Of a stretch of 51,376 nt of DNA, positions 1-10,925 are shown piece after piece. Source of the DNA: a virus. Its lineage: Duplodnaviria; Caudoviricetes. The notes under the pieces were generated by a model. That model had not been told where the DNA came from. It ran no database searches and saw only the letters and a list, made by a program, of their open reading frames with translations. Position numbers and translations under genes: made by a program. The DNA is taken from positions 1 to 51,376 of the IMG/VR virus record IMGVR_UViG_3300016674_000123. One strand, 5' to 3'. Numbering within the stretch: the stretch's first letter is position 1; every line of letters begins with the position of its first letter.

Positions 1-1427
1 AATTCCTCAATTCTAACAAACTCTTTGAAACCGTCATTTTCAATCCCTAAACCTAAATTATGCGTTGCAGAAAAGCTTTCCATAAATTCTTTTAAAGAAG
101 TAGTTAGTGGTCTGAAAACATCATCAGAATTATCAAATTGACGAACCCAAAACCCATGAGATAAACCAACCAAAGAAGCTTTTCCGTCTGTTTGATATCC
201 AATATCTGTTCTACCTAATGCATCAGATTTCAAAACTTTCTTATTAGTATAAACTTCAATAAGTCTTTCTGCGACTTCATGAGGTAATACACAATTTGAA
301 ATTGATTTTTCAAAGAACGAATCTTCTTCAGTTACAACTGTTCCTTTCAAATCTTCAACTCTAACATAATAACGAGCTCTTGAAGTAGTGAAGTTTCTTA
401 AATCGGCTTTAATCAATATTTCTAAAGCAACACTTTCTCCAGGACCAACATTTAAAACTTCGTCAAAATCAAATCCAAATCTTGTCCCAACATTTACATA
501 ACCACTACCAACTGGGTTTCGTCTTTGGAAATTATAAAGCGATGTTGTAACGCCTGAATGTGAAGTATTGGTATCAGCCCAAAATAAAATCCTTCTCTCT
601 TTTACATCATAATTTATCCCATTTTCATAGACAACAAGTGATACTTTGAAAAAAGCCCACGACCAATCAGACTCAGTAATTATTGGTAAAAATGATATGT
701 CAGAGCCAATTAACCTTATTGTTCTTGCTCTGTCAAATGTTGCTAACATCATCATACCAGTGCTTCCTGTATCATCAGAACCATAACTTTGAGGAATAAC
801 TGAATGCGCTTCCTCGTGTGATCTATTTATAAGTTTAAGAGGAAAACCGGTTGCTTTTGAACGTGTGTTTCCATCATCAGAATAAACACGCAATGAAGCT
901 ACATTATTTGATTCGTCAGTTTGCCAAATAGACTTCAAAAATATTCTTCTTCCGTCTAATTCAACTTGATTTACATTTAAAGTCGATAATGGATTACCGT
1001 CTAAAGTAGTTGTTCTTGTAATTTCAACAGCTTCTGATTCCCTTGATTTTAATTCCGCTTCTAATCCTCCAGAATTGAATTTTAATGCAATGGTATTATT
1101 TTCAACTTGACGAGTTGACATATCTAAATAACCATAGTAAGAACGGGTCCATTCATCGGTTTTTGGATGCTTTTCATCTTTTACTAAACGTACTTGAGCA
1201 TTTATTCCATATACATCGTATAAAGTTTGCAGGTAGTCTTTTGCTTGACCTTTAAATTTCAAATTATTTGAAAATTTAGGAAAAATACCGTGATAGTCTT
1301 TGTGTCGTGATAATTCTTTCTCGTCAGAATTCCAACCAATTGGCTCTTCAATAATTAAAGAGCCAAGGTTGTCATTTTGCAATATGAATCTAACTCTATC
1401 AAAATATGTTTGATTAATTCCACTCAT
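1..1427 (-). CDS. 5' part of a ~750-aa tail tip/hub-type structural protein, continuing across the circular junction into 51376..50551
   Basis: ATG at 1427 overlaps the tape-measure stop (TAATG). Reads MSGINQTYFDRVRFILQ at the start and HNLGLGIENDGFKEFVRIEE at the window edge; both ends checked, interior not read codon by codon. Follows the tape measure gene. Confidence 0.75.
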   Translation of the reverse strand, partial: MSGINQTYFDRVRFILQNDNLGSLIIEEPIGWNSDEKELSRHKDYHGIFPKFSNNLKFKGQAKDYLQTLYDVYGINAQVRLVKDEKHPKTDEWTRSYYGYLDMSTRQVENNTIALKFNSGGLEAELKSRESEAVEITRTTTLDGNPLSTLNVNQVELDGRRIFLKSIWQTDESNNVASLRVYSDDGNTRSKATGFPLKLINRSHEEAHSVIPQSYGSDDTGSTGMMMLATFDRARTIRLIGSDISFLPIITESDWSWAFFKVSLVVYENGINYDVKERRILFWADTNTSHSGVTTSLYNFQRRNPVGSGYVNVGTRFGFDFDEVLNVGPGESVALEILIKADLRNFTTSRARYYVRVEDLKGTVVTEEDSFFEKSISNCVLPHEVAERLIEVYTNKKVLKSDALGRTDIGYQTDGKASLVGLSHGFWVRQFDNSDDVFRPLTTSLKEFMESFSATHNLGLGIENDGFKEFVRIEE

Positions 1428-4400
1428 TATGCTCCCCATTTAATGTTAGACAATTTCCAAATCTCATGTCCTAAATCAATATTGTTTTGGACTACAACAT
1501 TTGATTTATTTTTCTTTGTAGCTTCAGTATTTCTTCTTAACTCTTCCAAAAGTTCTGCATCATATCGAGCATTGAAAACTTCAGCACCTTGATAATTTTT
1601 AGCCTTGTTCGCTTCCATATCTAAACTTGACATTACTGCAGCTCTTTGTATTTTTTCCCACTCGCTCAAAGAAGGAATTACTTCAGTTCCTTTCGGTAAA
1701 TTCAAAATACTTGGTTTTTCTACTACATAAGGATTTTTTCCAGGCTCCAAGATTACCTCTGGTCTTTTCTCTCCAACCTCAGCAAAACCTCCTTTATGAG
1801 GTTTTCCTTGTGTTCCTTTCTCATACTTAGGCAATGGTTGTGCTAAAATCAATGCTGTTTGTGCAGCAGCAACCCCAATTGCTAAAGGAATTTGAATTGC
1901 TCGATAAGGTGTTCCTGCTGTTCCTAATGAAATTGCGTCTAATTGAGCCGCAGCTAATTGAATAGCGGTTAATGTTTTTGCTAAATCAATTCCAATTTGA
2001 GCAGCAGCTAAAACTTTTTGAGCAACTGCAGCCTTAAACTCTTCCTTACGTCTTTCTCGCTCTAATGCCTTACGCTTTTTATCGCGTTCTTGCTCTATTA
2101 AATTACGTTGATTAGCATCATCACCAGCCAATTCTAATTGTCTTGAATAGTATTCTTCATTTGCCTGAATATCTTCATCAATCTTAGCAATTCTAAAGTC
2201 AAATATTGATAATGCTAAATCCTTTAAAGAAGAAGCTAGTTCATTTTGTAAATCTCTAGTTCTCTGATCAGCTTCTTTTCTTAATTGCTCAAGTAATTTA
2301 GCGGTTTCTTCTTCTGATTTAAGTTTTTCAGCATTTGCCTTAATAGTAGAATCAACTCCTATTTGATTTAATTGAAGTTCTAATTTTGAAAGTTTATTTT
2401 CAATTTCAATTCTTTTTTCAGCTGAAATTTCAGCATTTTTAAGCAATTCTTTTTGAGAATCAATTTGCTTTTTTAATGAATCTTTTAAAGCATCTTCCTT
2501 TATTTTAGCAACTCTTTCTTCGTGTTGTTTTGTTTGATCTTCAATAGCTTTTTGATTACCTTCTAAACCCTTAAGTATGTCTGAAAAATATTCATTTTCA
2601 GCTAATAACTTTTTATTTAATTCGGTGTCTTGAACTTTTAAAATTGAATCAACTTTTTTCTGCTCAATAGCAATAATAGAATCAACTATCTTTTGACGAT
2701 TTTCAAGGTCTTTCTTGTCTAATTTTGCCTTTTTAGCTTGATATTCTTCCAATACTAATATTTCATCATCAGTAAGTTTCTTTTTAATCTGGCCTCCATT
2801 AATAAGCGTTTGAATTTCATTATTAGTCAAGTCGCGAACATCATCGTTATATTGGGAAATTTGGCGCAATTTGTATGCAGCAGTTTCTTGAATAAGTGAT
2901 TGTTCAACTTGTTGAGCGTTTAAATAAGCATCAATTCTATCTTGAATAGTTTCTTTTTCATTATCAGCTATTTCATTACTAATCTCAATTTCTTGTTCCA
3001 TTCTAAACTTAGCCAAAGCAAAAGCATCATCATCAAGCTTTTTCATAGCTTGTAGATACTCTTTTCTTGCTTTTAAAGCCGCGTCTTGACGCTTTTTAAT
3101 TTCCTCTTCCGTTAGTTTAGTGATTTCCTCTTCAGTTTTAACTTCTGGCGGATTTTTTACTCCTGCAGTAGCAATTTTCTTTTTAGCTGCATCTATAATA
3201 GCTTGTTGTTCTGCCATTTTCTTTTCTAATGCTTCTTTTTGTAGATTCAAATCTTTACCGCTTGGACCGAAAAAATTCAAAGCCCAAGGATTAAATTCAT
3301 CTATCTCCTTTTTATTTTTTGCAAATTCTACTTTGAATGTATTTAAAAGGTTTTGAGCTCTTTTTTTAATTCCTTCAGCAACTTCTTTTTCATCAGATAT
3401 ACCAGGCGTGAAAATTCCATTAAATTCTCTTTGAAACTCTTTTGCTCCACTTTTCATTCCTTCAAGTCTAGCCTGACTAAACAAATCGTCCCAAGAAGTA
3501 TTTAATCTTATCAAGCCTTCTAAAGCACCAGATGCTCCTTCAACAAAAAATGAGAAAAATTCAGAAACAGGTCCTTTCCCATTATTTAAAGAAAGAATTA
3601 AAGAATCATACGTAGATGATAACTTATCCGTTTTTGCTTGTAAGCTTTGACTTCTAATTGTCGCTTGTTCTTCTGCTGTTCCATACTCACCCATCTTAGA
3701 GGTAAGTTCTTTTAGTCTATCTGTATGACCAATTATATTTTTAGCAGCCACAACATTTTCAGCACCAAAAATACGTACCGCAGCTGCATCATCATTTAAT
3801 ATTGGTTTTAATGCTTCAAGTCTTTGTTGTACTGGAATCGTTTTATCTTTCAATGTTTCCATTGAAATACCAAGTTTCGCCAACTCTCGCTGTGCTTCTT
3901 TTGGCAAGGCTTCTGGAGCTGCTATTTTTAATAATACGTTTCTTAATGCTGTTCCTGCTTCTGCACCTTTTAATCCTTTTTCTGCTAACAATTCAATCAA
4001 AGCAGTTGATTCTTTAATATTGACATTAGAAGACTTTGCAACAGCACCAAATTTTAGCAATGATTCTGTTACTTGAGGGATTTCAGCAGCTCCATATTTT
4101 GCTCCATTTGCTAATGCATCAACAAAGAAAGCTGCTTCTTCAGCAGGCGCTCCGAATTGATTCATTGCGTCAGTCAAAGCGGTAGCCGCTTCTGGAAGTT
4201 CCATTCCTGATGCTTTTGATAAAGTGATAACAGCTTCCGTAACTGCATTTAAGTCTTTTACATTTTCAAGTAATTCAGGTTTTGCAGATGCAATAAGTTT
4301 GTAAGATTCAATAACAGCAACCGCTCCGCCTTTAACTCCTTTCCCCATTTCAATAGCGCTATCCTTAAGGAATTTCAAATCTTTCCCACTTGCACCGGTT

Positions 4401-5170
4401 ATCGCTTGTAAATCAGCAATAGATTGATCAAATTCTTTAATTATCTTAATAGCTCCTTGCATAACCTGTGCAAAAGCAGCAGTTCCAGCAGCTAATCCAA
4501 AAGCCCCAGCAATATCTCTAACTCCAGAAGCAAATGATTTTAAATTTGGATAATTACCTACATTTTTTGTAAAATCCCCAACAGCTCTATCTGCTCTTTT
4601 TACTTGAGCATCTAATTTTTCAAACTCTTGTCTAGCTTTAATTGTTGCTTTAGAACTTTCTCCTTCAATAACTATTAAGTCCCGAAGTTTATTTTTAGCT
4701 TCGGTTCTCGCTCTATTCAGTTTATCATAAGCAGAAACCAAACCTAACTTTTCAAGAGTAGCTTGTTTTAACGCTCTATTGTTTATCTCATTTTGAACTC
4801 GCTCCTCAATAGTTAATTTTGTAGTTCTTTTTTTAGCAGCTTCTTCTTTATTAATAGCATCAAGTTCTAATTTCTTAGTTCTTAATGCTTCTTGTTTTAT
4901 TTTTTCAGCACTTTTTAGCGCAGCTTCTTCGGCTTTAATTGCATTTTCAACTCTTTGTAAAGCCAATTTCTCCTCGTTTTTAGCGGTTATATAAGCTTGA
5001 GAATTATTTGCTTTTTGATAAGCTGTTGCTACTTGAGCTAATGCTTTAGCAGAATCTACTAATTCATTATTTGCTTGTATAGCAACTTGAATGTTTTTAG
5101 CATATTCTTTCCCGAATTCAAGACCTTCATCGGTGATTAGGTCTTTTCGTGTTATTGTTCCTCCTGACAT
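1427..5170 (-). CDS. tail tape measure protein
   Basis: 1247 aa, Ala/Lys/Glu-rich helical; TP901-type core (FDQSIADLQAITGAS...AGTALRNVLL); tail module position. Confidence 0.92.
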   Translation of the reverse strand: MSGGTITRKDLITDEGLEFGKEYAKNIQVAIQANNELVDSAKALAQVATAYQKANNSQAYITAKNEEKLALQRVENAIKAEEAALKSAEKIKQEALRTKKLELDAINKEEAAKKRTTKLTIEERVQNEINNRALKQATLEKLGLVSAYDKLNRARTEAKNKLRDLIVIEGESSKATIKARQEFEKLDAQVKRADRAVGDFTKNVGNYPNLKSFASGVRDIAGAFGLAAGTAAFAQVMQGAIKIIKEFDQSIADLQAITGASGKDLKFLKDSAIEMGKGVKGGAVAVIESYKLIASAKPELLENVKDLNAVTEAVITLSKASGMELPEAATALTDAMNQFGAPAEEAAFFVDALANGAKYGAAEIPQVTESLLKFGAVAKSSNVNIKESTALIELLAEKGLKGAEAGTALRNVLLKIAAPEALPKEAQRELAKLGISMETLKDKTIPVQQRLEALKPILNDDAAAVRIFGAENVVAAKNIIGHTDRLKELTSKMGEYGTAEEQATIRSQSLQAKTDKLSSTYDSLILSLNNGKGPVSEFFSFFVEGASGALEGLIRLNTSWDDLFSQARLEGMKSGAKEFQREFNGIFTPGISDEKEVAEGIKKRAQNLLNTFKVEFAKNKKEIDEFNPWALNFFGPSGKDLNLQKEALEKKMAEQQAIIDAAKKKIATAGVKNPPEVKTEEEITKLTEEEIKKRQDAALKARKEYLQAMKKLDDDAFALAKFRMEQEIEISNEIADNEKETIQDRIDAYLNAQQVEQSLIQETAAYKLRQISQYNDDVRDLTNNEIQTLINGGQIKKKLTDDEILVLEEYQAKKAKLDKKDLENRQKIVDSIIAIEQKKVDSILKVQDTELNKKLLAENEYFSDILKGLEGNQKAIEDQTKQHEERVAKIKEDALKDSLKKQIDSQKELLKNAEISAEKRIEIENKLSKLELQLNQIGVDSTIKANAEKLKSEEETAKLLEQLRKEADQRTRDLQNELASSLKDLALSIFDFRIAKIDEDIQANEEYYSRQLELAGDDANQRNLIEQERDKKRKALERERRKEEFKAAVAQKVLAAAQIGIDLAKTLTAIQLAAAQLDAISLGTAGTPYRAIQIPLAIGVAAAQTALILAQPLPKYEKGTQGKPHKGGFAEVGEKRPEVILEPGKNPYVVEKPSILNLPKGTEVIPSLSEWEKIQRAAVMSSLDMEANKAKNYQGAEVFNARYDAELLEELRRNTEATKKNKSNVVVQNNIDLGHEIWKLSNIKWGA

Positions 5171-5175
5171 AATTT

Positions 5176-5781
5176 CTATTTTTTAGAATTTGCAGTTTTA
5201 TTCTTTTGAATTTGTTCCTCAATGCTTTTTAGTTTAGCATTTACTTGTTCTTTTAAAGCAAGCACCTTTGTAACCGAAACTGTATTGTAATCAAAATCAT
5301 AGCCCAAAACAGAAGAATAGAAAGCGAAAACACGATCAATACTAACTTTTGTTGAAACAGAATTTGCATCCTTTTTTGGAAGTCTTTTTTTGATGTTTTT
5401 AGCTTTCATTTCTAAAGCTGAAGCTTCTCTTTCAATTCGCTTTAAATCATCATAATATGTTTCTTTGGATAGTTTATATCCATAACCTAAAAGAATGTCT
5501 ACAAGCTCCTGATTATAGTCAAAATCAAGTGCAGTTAATGCAACCATAATACCTTTATGCTTACATTCGATAAATGCGATTTCTTTTTCCAATTGCAAAA
5601 GTTTCATTTCTTCCTTTTCGGGAGAAATAGCAGTATATTCTTGAAATAAGTCATTCCAAATTTTTTGCAGCAACTCTTTGTCTTCCTCTTTATTAGAAGA
5701 AAGCAAGTGAATCAATGACGCATCTTCAACAATGCGCATGAAAATTTTATAAGGAATAATCTCTAAAGAATTGTAAATCAT
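5176..5781 (-). CDS. putative tail assembly chaperone
   Basis: Helical 201-aa ORF immediately upstream of the tape measure gene; synteny only. Confidence 0.45.
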   Translation of the reverse strand: MIYNSLEIIPYKIFMRIVEDASLIHLLSSNKEEDKELLQKIWNDLFQEYTAISPEKEEMKLLQLEKEIAFIECKHKGIMVALTALDFDYNQELVDILLGYGYKLSKETYYDDLKRIEREASALEMKAKNIKKRLPKKDANSVSTKVSIDRVFAFYSSVLGYDFDYNTVSVTKVLALKEQVNAKLKSIEEQIQKNKTANSKK

Positions 5782-6227
5782 ATCTCTAATGTGTTTCTGT
5801 AAAGTTGTAATACAAATGGTTTTAATTTTTCTTCAATAACCATGTTTAAATTCTCATCACTAAGCCCGAACAAGTCCTTTGAAAGCCAATTATCGGAATC
5901 CATAATCAAACCCACCTTTGGATCAGTTGAGCCAAACACAACCATGTTGTTTTGAATTTTGGCGTACAATCCACCAAGTAAACCGCCTGTGTCTTTAGCA
6001 TCGAAAGGTTCGCCTTTCTTTTTAGCACCTTTAGTAATAACTTCGGTTGCATAAGAATAGAAACCGATTGCATCGCCATATATATCCTTTGAATCTTCGT
6101 TTAACTGCTTTTTGTTTAAAGCGGTCAATTCCGATTCAATACTTCGGATAAAATCAAATAGTTCCTGATTTACTTTTTCGGGAGTAAGTCGATTTGCTTT
6201 TTGTAATTGTTCTTTTAGTGTAGCCAT
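5778..6227 (-). CDS. putative neck/tail completion protein
   Basis: Likely start MATLKEQ at 6227, since the longer track start lies inside a terminator hairpin; YS..T...K...DTG motif resembles virion morphogenesis proteins. Confidence 0.5.
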   Translation of the reverse strand: MATLKEQLQKANRLTPEKVNQELFDFIRSIESELTALNKKQLNEDSKDIYGDAIGFYSYATEVITKGAKKKGEPFDAKDTGGLLGGLYAKIQNNMVVFGSTDPKVGLIMDSDNWLSKDLFGLSDENLNMVIEEKLKPFVLQLYRNTLEI

Positions 6228-6237
6228 GATTATTAAC

Positions 6238-6282
6238 AAAAAGAGGACGTTGTAATATGTTTCCACATCACACGTCCTCTTC
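6238..6282 (-). terminator. intrinsic terminator/attenuator after the major tail operon
   Basis: AAGAGGACGT/ACGTCCTCTT outer stem, inner stem with GAAA tetraloop, T-run on the minus strand. Confidence 0.7.
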
Positions 6283-6296
6283 TACAATAAGTTGAT

Positions 6297-6485
6297 TTAA
6301 ACTTCTTGTTTAGGCTTTTGAGTAGCGATTTTAAACGCTTTTTTCAATTCAACAAGCCTTTCTTTCTCGGGAATCTTTTTGAATACGTGTGTATTTTCAA
6401 ATTCCTTTTTGAATTGCTCAAACGTTCTACTATAATTTTCTTCAAACGTAATGCCTTTGTACTGGTTACGTGTTGCTTTTGCCAT
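6297..6485 (-). CDS. hypothetical protein (tail module)
   Basis: 62-aa ORF with tight operon spacing. Confidence 0.6.
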   Translation of the reverse strand: MAKATRNQYKGITFEENYSRTFEQFKKEFENTHVFKKIPEKERLVELKKAFKIATQKPKQEV

Positions 6486-6497
6486 AATCAGAAACTA

Positions 6498-7373
6498 TTA
6501 AACGATTCCCGAAACAGTTAAAGCACCTGTACTTTCGTAAGTAGCCTCCGTTTTCTGAACAACTCCGTCTAAGTTAACCGTGAAACCGTTAGCAAAACCA
6601 GTTCCAGTCAATTCATAAACTCCGTTTTCATCAGCAGCTACAAATGAGTGAGTATGAGCAGCTCCTGTTCCGTCTAAAAGAACAACATCAGCATTTTCAA
6701 ATACTTTCACTACATCATCGCCAGAACATCCAGCAGAAGCAGTAAATTTGATTGAAGTTGCAGAAGCAGAAACTAAAGCTAAATCAATATCGAAAATACC
6801 TTGTAATTCGATGTGTGACCAAGTTGGTTTTAAAACTACTGGACCATTCTCGAACTCTTTGTAGTCTTCGTAAGTCAAAGTTACTGGAGTGTATTGTGGT
6901 TTTTCGTCGGTAGCATCTACCATTTTACCAACTTCGATAGTAACTAATTGACCACGAACTTTTGTTCCGTCTGGTGTACAAGCTTTGATTTCTTGAGCAT
7001 CTGTAAACTCATAAACGCGCATTTTCTTATTGTGGTAAGAAGCTAACGCTCTATGAGAACAAGCACCTAAGTGACATTCAAAGGTTCTGATTTTTTTACC
7101 ATTTTTGGTTTTATAACGCTTTCTACCTTCGTAGTAAGTGTCTTCTGTATCAGCAACAGCCAAAGTTTCAATTTCAAATAATGGAATGATTTCTTTGTTA
7201 GCTTCTGCCGTTCTCCAAGTCGCTAACGTTTTAGCTGCTGTAGCTGTAGCGAATTCTTGAGAAGTCAAAGCTAAGGCATGACGTACAACCGGTGCGGTCA
7301 AACATTGCTCTTTAGCTCCTGTGTTTAAGGTTTGTGCGTCTGCTTGAGCGCACTCTATAATAGCTTTTGCCAT
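6498..7373 (-). CDS. major tail tube protein (putative)
   Basis: 291 aa, Thr/Ala-rich, beta-rich Ig-like C-terminus; synteny. Confidence 0.7.
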   Translation of the reverse strand: MAKAIIECAQADAQTLNTGAKEQCLTAPVVRHALALTSQEFATATAAKTLATWRTAEANKEIIPLFEIETLAVADTEDTYYEGRKRYKTKNGKKIRTFECHLGACSHRALASYHNKKMRVYEFTDAQEIKACTPDGTKVRGQLVTIEVGKMVDATDEKPQYTPVTLTYEDYKEFENGPVVLKPTWSHIELQGIFDIDLALVSASATSIKFTASAGCSGDDVVKVFENADVVLLDGTGAAHTHSFVAADENGVYELTGTGFANGFTVNLDGVVQKTEATYESTGALTVSGIV

Positions 7374-7378
7374 CTTTT

Positions 7379-7918
7379 TTAGTTTTTACAATTGAACATG
7401 TATTTTAAATCGCCATTGATTGAGAAAATATGGTAAGGTTGCATATCATTCAACTTTACATTCTCGATATTAAAGCCTTTAAGCACGTTTGAAATGCCTT
7501 TTTCAACAGCCGTAATATCTAATACTTTTAATCTTCTAATCAATTTTAGGCAGTGATCTTGTATTTCTGTATCAGCTCTATTGGTTGCGTTTGGATATAG
7601 TTGGTCCAAATTCAACATAAAGACAATCTTAACTTTTGCGACAAACACAACGCCGTCTTTGGTGGTGTGTTTATCATCTTCTTCAACGAAAAAAACATTT
7701 CCTCCTGGCGCATTTTTATCATCATAATACACTTCTTTACGTTCTGATTTTGAAACGTGAACCTCTGGAATGAATGTCTTTGAATCTTTGTTCAAGCTTT
7801 TTTGAACACGTCCATAAAAATCAACATTAGAAAATCCAAGGTGGCCATGTAAGGCATCTTGAATAAATTTGATTTTTGTATCAATTCCGAGTGATGTATA
7901 TGTGTTATAATTTGCCAT
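7379..7918 (-). CDS. putative tail terminator / head-tail joining protein
   Basis: Likely start MANYNT at 7918; lies between adaptor and tail tube genes. Confidence 0.5.
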   Translation of the reverse strand: MANYNTYTSLGIDTKIKFIQDALHGHLGFSNVDFYGRVQKSLNKDSKTFIPEVHVSKSERKEVYYDDKNAPGGNVFFVEEDDKHTTKDGVVFVAKVKIVFMLNLDQLYPNATNRADTEIQDHCLKLIRRLKVLDITAVEKGISNVLKGFNIENVKLNDMQPYHIFSINGDLKYMFNCKN

Positions 7919-7920
7919 AG

Positions 7921-8502
7921 TTACCAAGCATTACCGTCTTGAACAATTATTTTAAATGGAAAAAATTTATTTTGAGCCAATTTGATAGCGTTTTGAAATT
8001 TGTGAACTAAACCTTCTGCTACCAAAATGCCTGAATCATTTCTGTACCCTTCTAACTCCAATTTTAAATTTGATACAGAAAGTTTAGCATTTCGCTCAAC
8101 TATATTGCTTCTTTTGGTGCTCATGAACATTTCAATAACCATAATAGCTACTTTATATCCAATTGCATTGTCAAACAATACGTTGTTTTCAGTAATAACT
8201 GCATCATAGCTATCTTTTGCAATGTAATCAGGATGTTGGTCCATGATTAAAGATAAAACCTCTAAAACAGCTCCTTTTCGGTATTCATTAAGAATAGCTT
8301 CAAATTGTTCTGCTGTTGGTTCTCTCTTTTCAATTGCCTCTATGATATTCTCAAGAGTAACTAATGAATGAAATGATTTGAAAAAGCGTCCAGAAGCACC
8401 AATTCGGATGGCTTCACTCATGGTTAAAGTGAAGCTATCCTCTTGTGGTGAACCAAACCCAATTCTTTCAGTTAAAGATTGTATGATTTCTTCTGAATAC
8501 AT
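7921..8502 (-). CDS. putative head-tail adaptor
   Basis: Helical ORF directly after the major capsid gene. Confidence 0.5.
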   Translation of the reverse strand: MYSEEIIQSLTERIGFGSPQEDSFTLTMSEAIRIGASGRFFKSFHSLVTLENIIEAIEKREPTAEQFEAILNEYRKGAVLEVLSLIMDQHPDYIAKDSYDAVITENNVLFDNAIGYKVAIMVIEMFMSTKRSNIVERNAKLSVSNLKLELEGYRNDSGILVAEGLVHKFQNAIKLAQNKFFPFKIIVQDGNAW

Positions 8503-8512
8503 TAGCTAATTT

Positions 8513-9796
8513 TTAAGCTGATTCTGTTAATTCTGCTACGAAAGCCAATTCTTGCTCTTCTGATAATTTATTAATCAACTCTAATAACTTAGCATCAGTT
8601 GTACTAGTAGTAATTGTTGATTTTGGATAAATTAATTTATAAGATGCAACTACTGAAGCTTTAGTGTACTCTGTTCCTTTGTAATCAAAGTTAGCATCAC
8701 CTTCAGTTTGAGCGTCAGTTGCTGCTTCAGTTGTGTCCATAATATAGATAGAATCTATATTATTGATTACAGGAATAACTAATGCTTGTGCAGAAGTAAA
8801 CTCTTTAATTGGATCGTTTTTATGGTATTTAGAAACCAAAATAAAATCATCCACTTTTTGATAATCAACCGATTTATCTTGGAATGTTTCTTCTGCTAAT
8901 TTTCCATAAGTTAAAGTTCCAACCATCATATCCGTTAAGAATACAACCGCTCCAGCTTCCCAAGGATTTACAGACTTACGTTTTCCGTCTTTTTCAACTT
9001 GAACTGGTCTGTCAATTACCATGATTTCAACTCCTTGATTTGCCGTTAAGAACTCATTAGCTTTTTCAATCGAAGGAACCGCTGGAACATTTGAACCAGT
9101 GTAACCTAAATAGAAAGCATATTGTTCTTTTACTTGTGCATTAGCTTTGAATAAATTAAAAGTATTTCTATCCATTAAGATATAACGAACTACATCACCG
9201 TTAATTCTAGCTGCAGAAACTACATTTTCAATATCATCGATAGGTTTCGCTGATGCATCATCCCAAGGTTTAGTAACTCCATATTTATTTGAGTCTGGGT
9301 GACCGAAATTAACACGAATTGCAGTTCCTGGAGTATCTTCATCTGTGATAGATATAAACCCAGTAGATAATCCTTGTAAGAACATATACTCTAAACGCTC
9401 CCAAATGCCAGAAATACATTTGTCTGAATCTGCAAATAATTTTCTGATGATTTCAGCATCTGCTCCACCTGTAGCTAACAAGATGTTTAATTCGTTCATT
9501 GTCGACTCATTCAAATACAATTTCATACCAATTTTTGGAATGTCACCGTCTGCTTTTTTGATTGAATCTCTAATTTTTAATGGTAAACTTGAATCCATTG
9601 CAACTACATCAGCAGATACAACGTTTCCATTTACAGATAATGAACCCCATTTAAGAGTTGCAGAGAACTCTTTTCTTAACATGGTTCTGTGGTAGTAAGG
9701 TAACGGCAATTTTCCACCGTTCAACTTTTCAACAACTTTTTGGGCGATAATCTTAAAATATTTATCCACCCACTGTGGGAATAATGACTTTTCCAT
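8513..9796 (-). CDS. major capsid protein (lambda gpE-like)
   Basis: 427 aa; ADVVAMDSSLPL, IPKIGMK, RLEYMFLQGLSTG and KPIDDI motifs typical of gpE-like capsids. Confidence 0.88.
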   Translation of the reverse strand: MEKSLFPQWVDKYFKIIAQKVVEKLNGGKLPLPYYHRTMLRKEFSATLKWGSLSVNGNVVSADVVAMDSSLPLKIRDSIKKADGDIPKIGMKLYLNESTMNELNILLATGGADAEIIRKLFADSDKCISGIWERLEYMFLQGLSTGFISITDEDTPGTAIRVNFGHPDSNKYGVTKPWDDASAKPIDDIENVVSAARINGDVVRYILMDRNTFNLFKANAQVKEQYAFYLGYTGSNVPAVPSIEKANEFLTANQGVEIMVIDRPVQVEKDGKRKSVNPWEAGAVVFLTDMMVGTLTYGKLAEETFQDKSVDYQKVDDFILVSKYHKNDPIKEFTSAQALVIPVINNIDSIYIMDTTEAATDAQTEGDANFDYKGTEYTKASVVASYKLIYPKSTITTSTTDAKLLELINKLSEEQELAFVAELTESA

Positions 9797-9804
9797 AATT
9801 TAAA

Positions 9805-10206
9805 TTAATCTTGAGTGAATAAAATGTGAGTTAACGCTGTTTTTGCTCCCGATGGTACTGCTGGCAATTCATAGTTTACAATTGCTGCTTCGTTTACGTT
9901 TCCAGCCAACATCACTGATGCGAATGGCTTACTTGTTTTGATTGTTGCAATCAAAATTCCTTTGTAAGTGTGACCTGATGGTAATGATGCATAAGCACCA
10001 GAACTAATCGCTAATGGTTTCAACACTTTAGTAGCAGTTTCTTCGATGATAACTCTACCTGCTTTTAAAACTGCTTCTGTAACTCCAGTTACATCAAGCG
10101 TTTTTCCTCCTGCAATATCATGATCAACTTTCTTGATAATCACAACATCCATTGTGGTATCAAATTGAACAGGAGTATTGTCTAAATTTGCGGTTACGTC
10201 CGACAT
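9805..10206 (-). CDS. head decoration protein
   Basis: 133 aa between scaffold and capsid; GGKTLD...KAG...GIL pattern. Confidence 0.7.
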   Translation of the reverse strand: MSDVTANLDNTPVQFDTTMDVVIIKKVDHDIAGGKTLDVTGVTEAVLKAGRVIIEETATKVLKPLAISSGAYASLPSGHTYKGILIATIKTSKPFASVMLAGNVNEAAIVNYELPAVPSGAKTALTHILFTQD

Positions 10207-10237
10207 AATTTTTAGATTTTGTTTTTGTTAATACTAA

Positions 10238-10891
10238 TTACATTGATGAAACAATATCATCAACTAACTTCTCGTCAACTGTTGAAGGTGGATTTCCTCC
10301 TCCAGCTGGACCAGGATAACTGTTACTATTAGCAGTTTCTTGAACCAAAGTTGAATACTCAGTTTCCAATGCTTGAATTTGTTCTTCAAATGGAGTTTCA
10401 GAGTTTACATCAATTCTATTTACCCAATTTTGGCGGATGCCTTCAGGAATGCGTTTAAGTACTTCTGATTTAGCAAATAGTTCAGATGCGGTTTGCTTCT
10501 TTGTTTCAATAATTTTACCAGTTTTCAGAGCCTCTAAATCACTTGTAACGCCATCTAATTTATCCAGTAATGCTTTTACATAAGTTGGGACCTCATCACC
10601 TTTTGGTGGTTCTGGATTCGGTGGCGTTGGAGGAGTAGGAGGTGTTGGAGGCGCAGGTTCTTTATGTTTCGCTTCTAATGTTCTAAGTCTATCGTCCTCA
10701 CGAGCGATATCCTCAATACTTAAAATAGAATTGAAATCATTAATTACTGCATCAATCGCTGCATCGTCTGCATCGTCTGCTGGTTTACTCGCAAGTTTAT
10801 CCGCTAATGCGTCTAACCTTTTTTGTGATAAGTTAGCCTTTGGAAATAAAGCTTTAAGTCTAGCTATCACTTTCGATTTTTCTACTGCCAT
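10238..10891 (-). CDS. capsid scaffolding protein
   Basis: Helical acidic protein with Pro-rich linker (PAPPTPPTPPTPPNPEPP); first gene of the head operon. Confidence 0.7.
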   Translation of the reverse strand: MAVEKSKVIARLKALFPKANLSQKRLDALADKLASKPADDADDAAIDAVINDFNSILSIEDIAREDDRLRTLEAKHKEPAPPTPPTPPTPPNPEPPKGDEVPTYVKALLDKLDGVTSDLEALKTGKIIETKKQTASELFAKSEVLKRIPEGIRQNWVNRIDVNSETPFEEQIQALETEYSTLVQETANSNSYPGPAGGGNPPSTVDEKLVDDIVSSM

Positions 10892-10925
10892 AAGTTAAAA
10901 TGTTAGTTAATAATATATTATGGAA

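Noticed and set aside
10606-10660. GC-rich repeat in the scaffold gene
   Set aside because: Explained by the Pro-Thr linker codons
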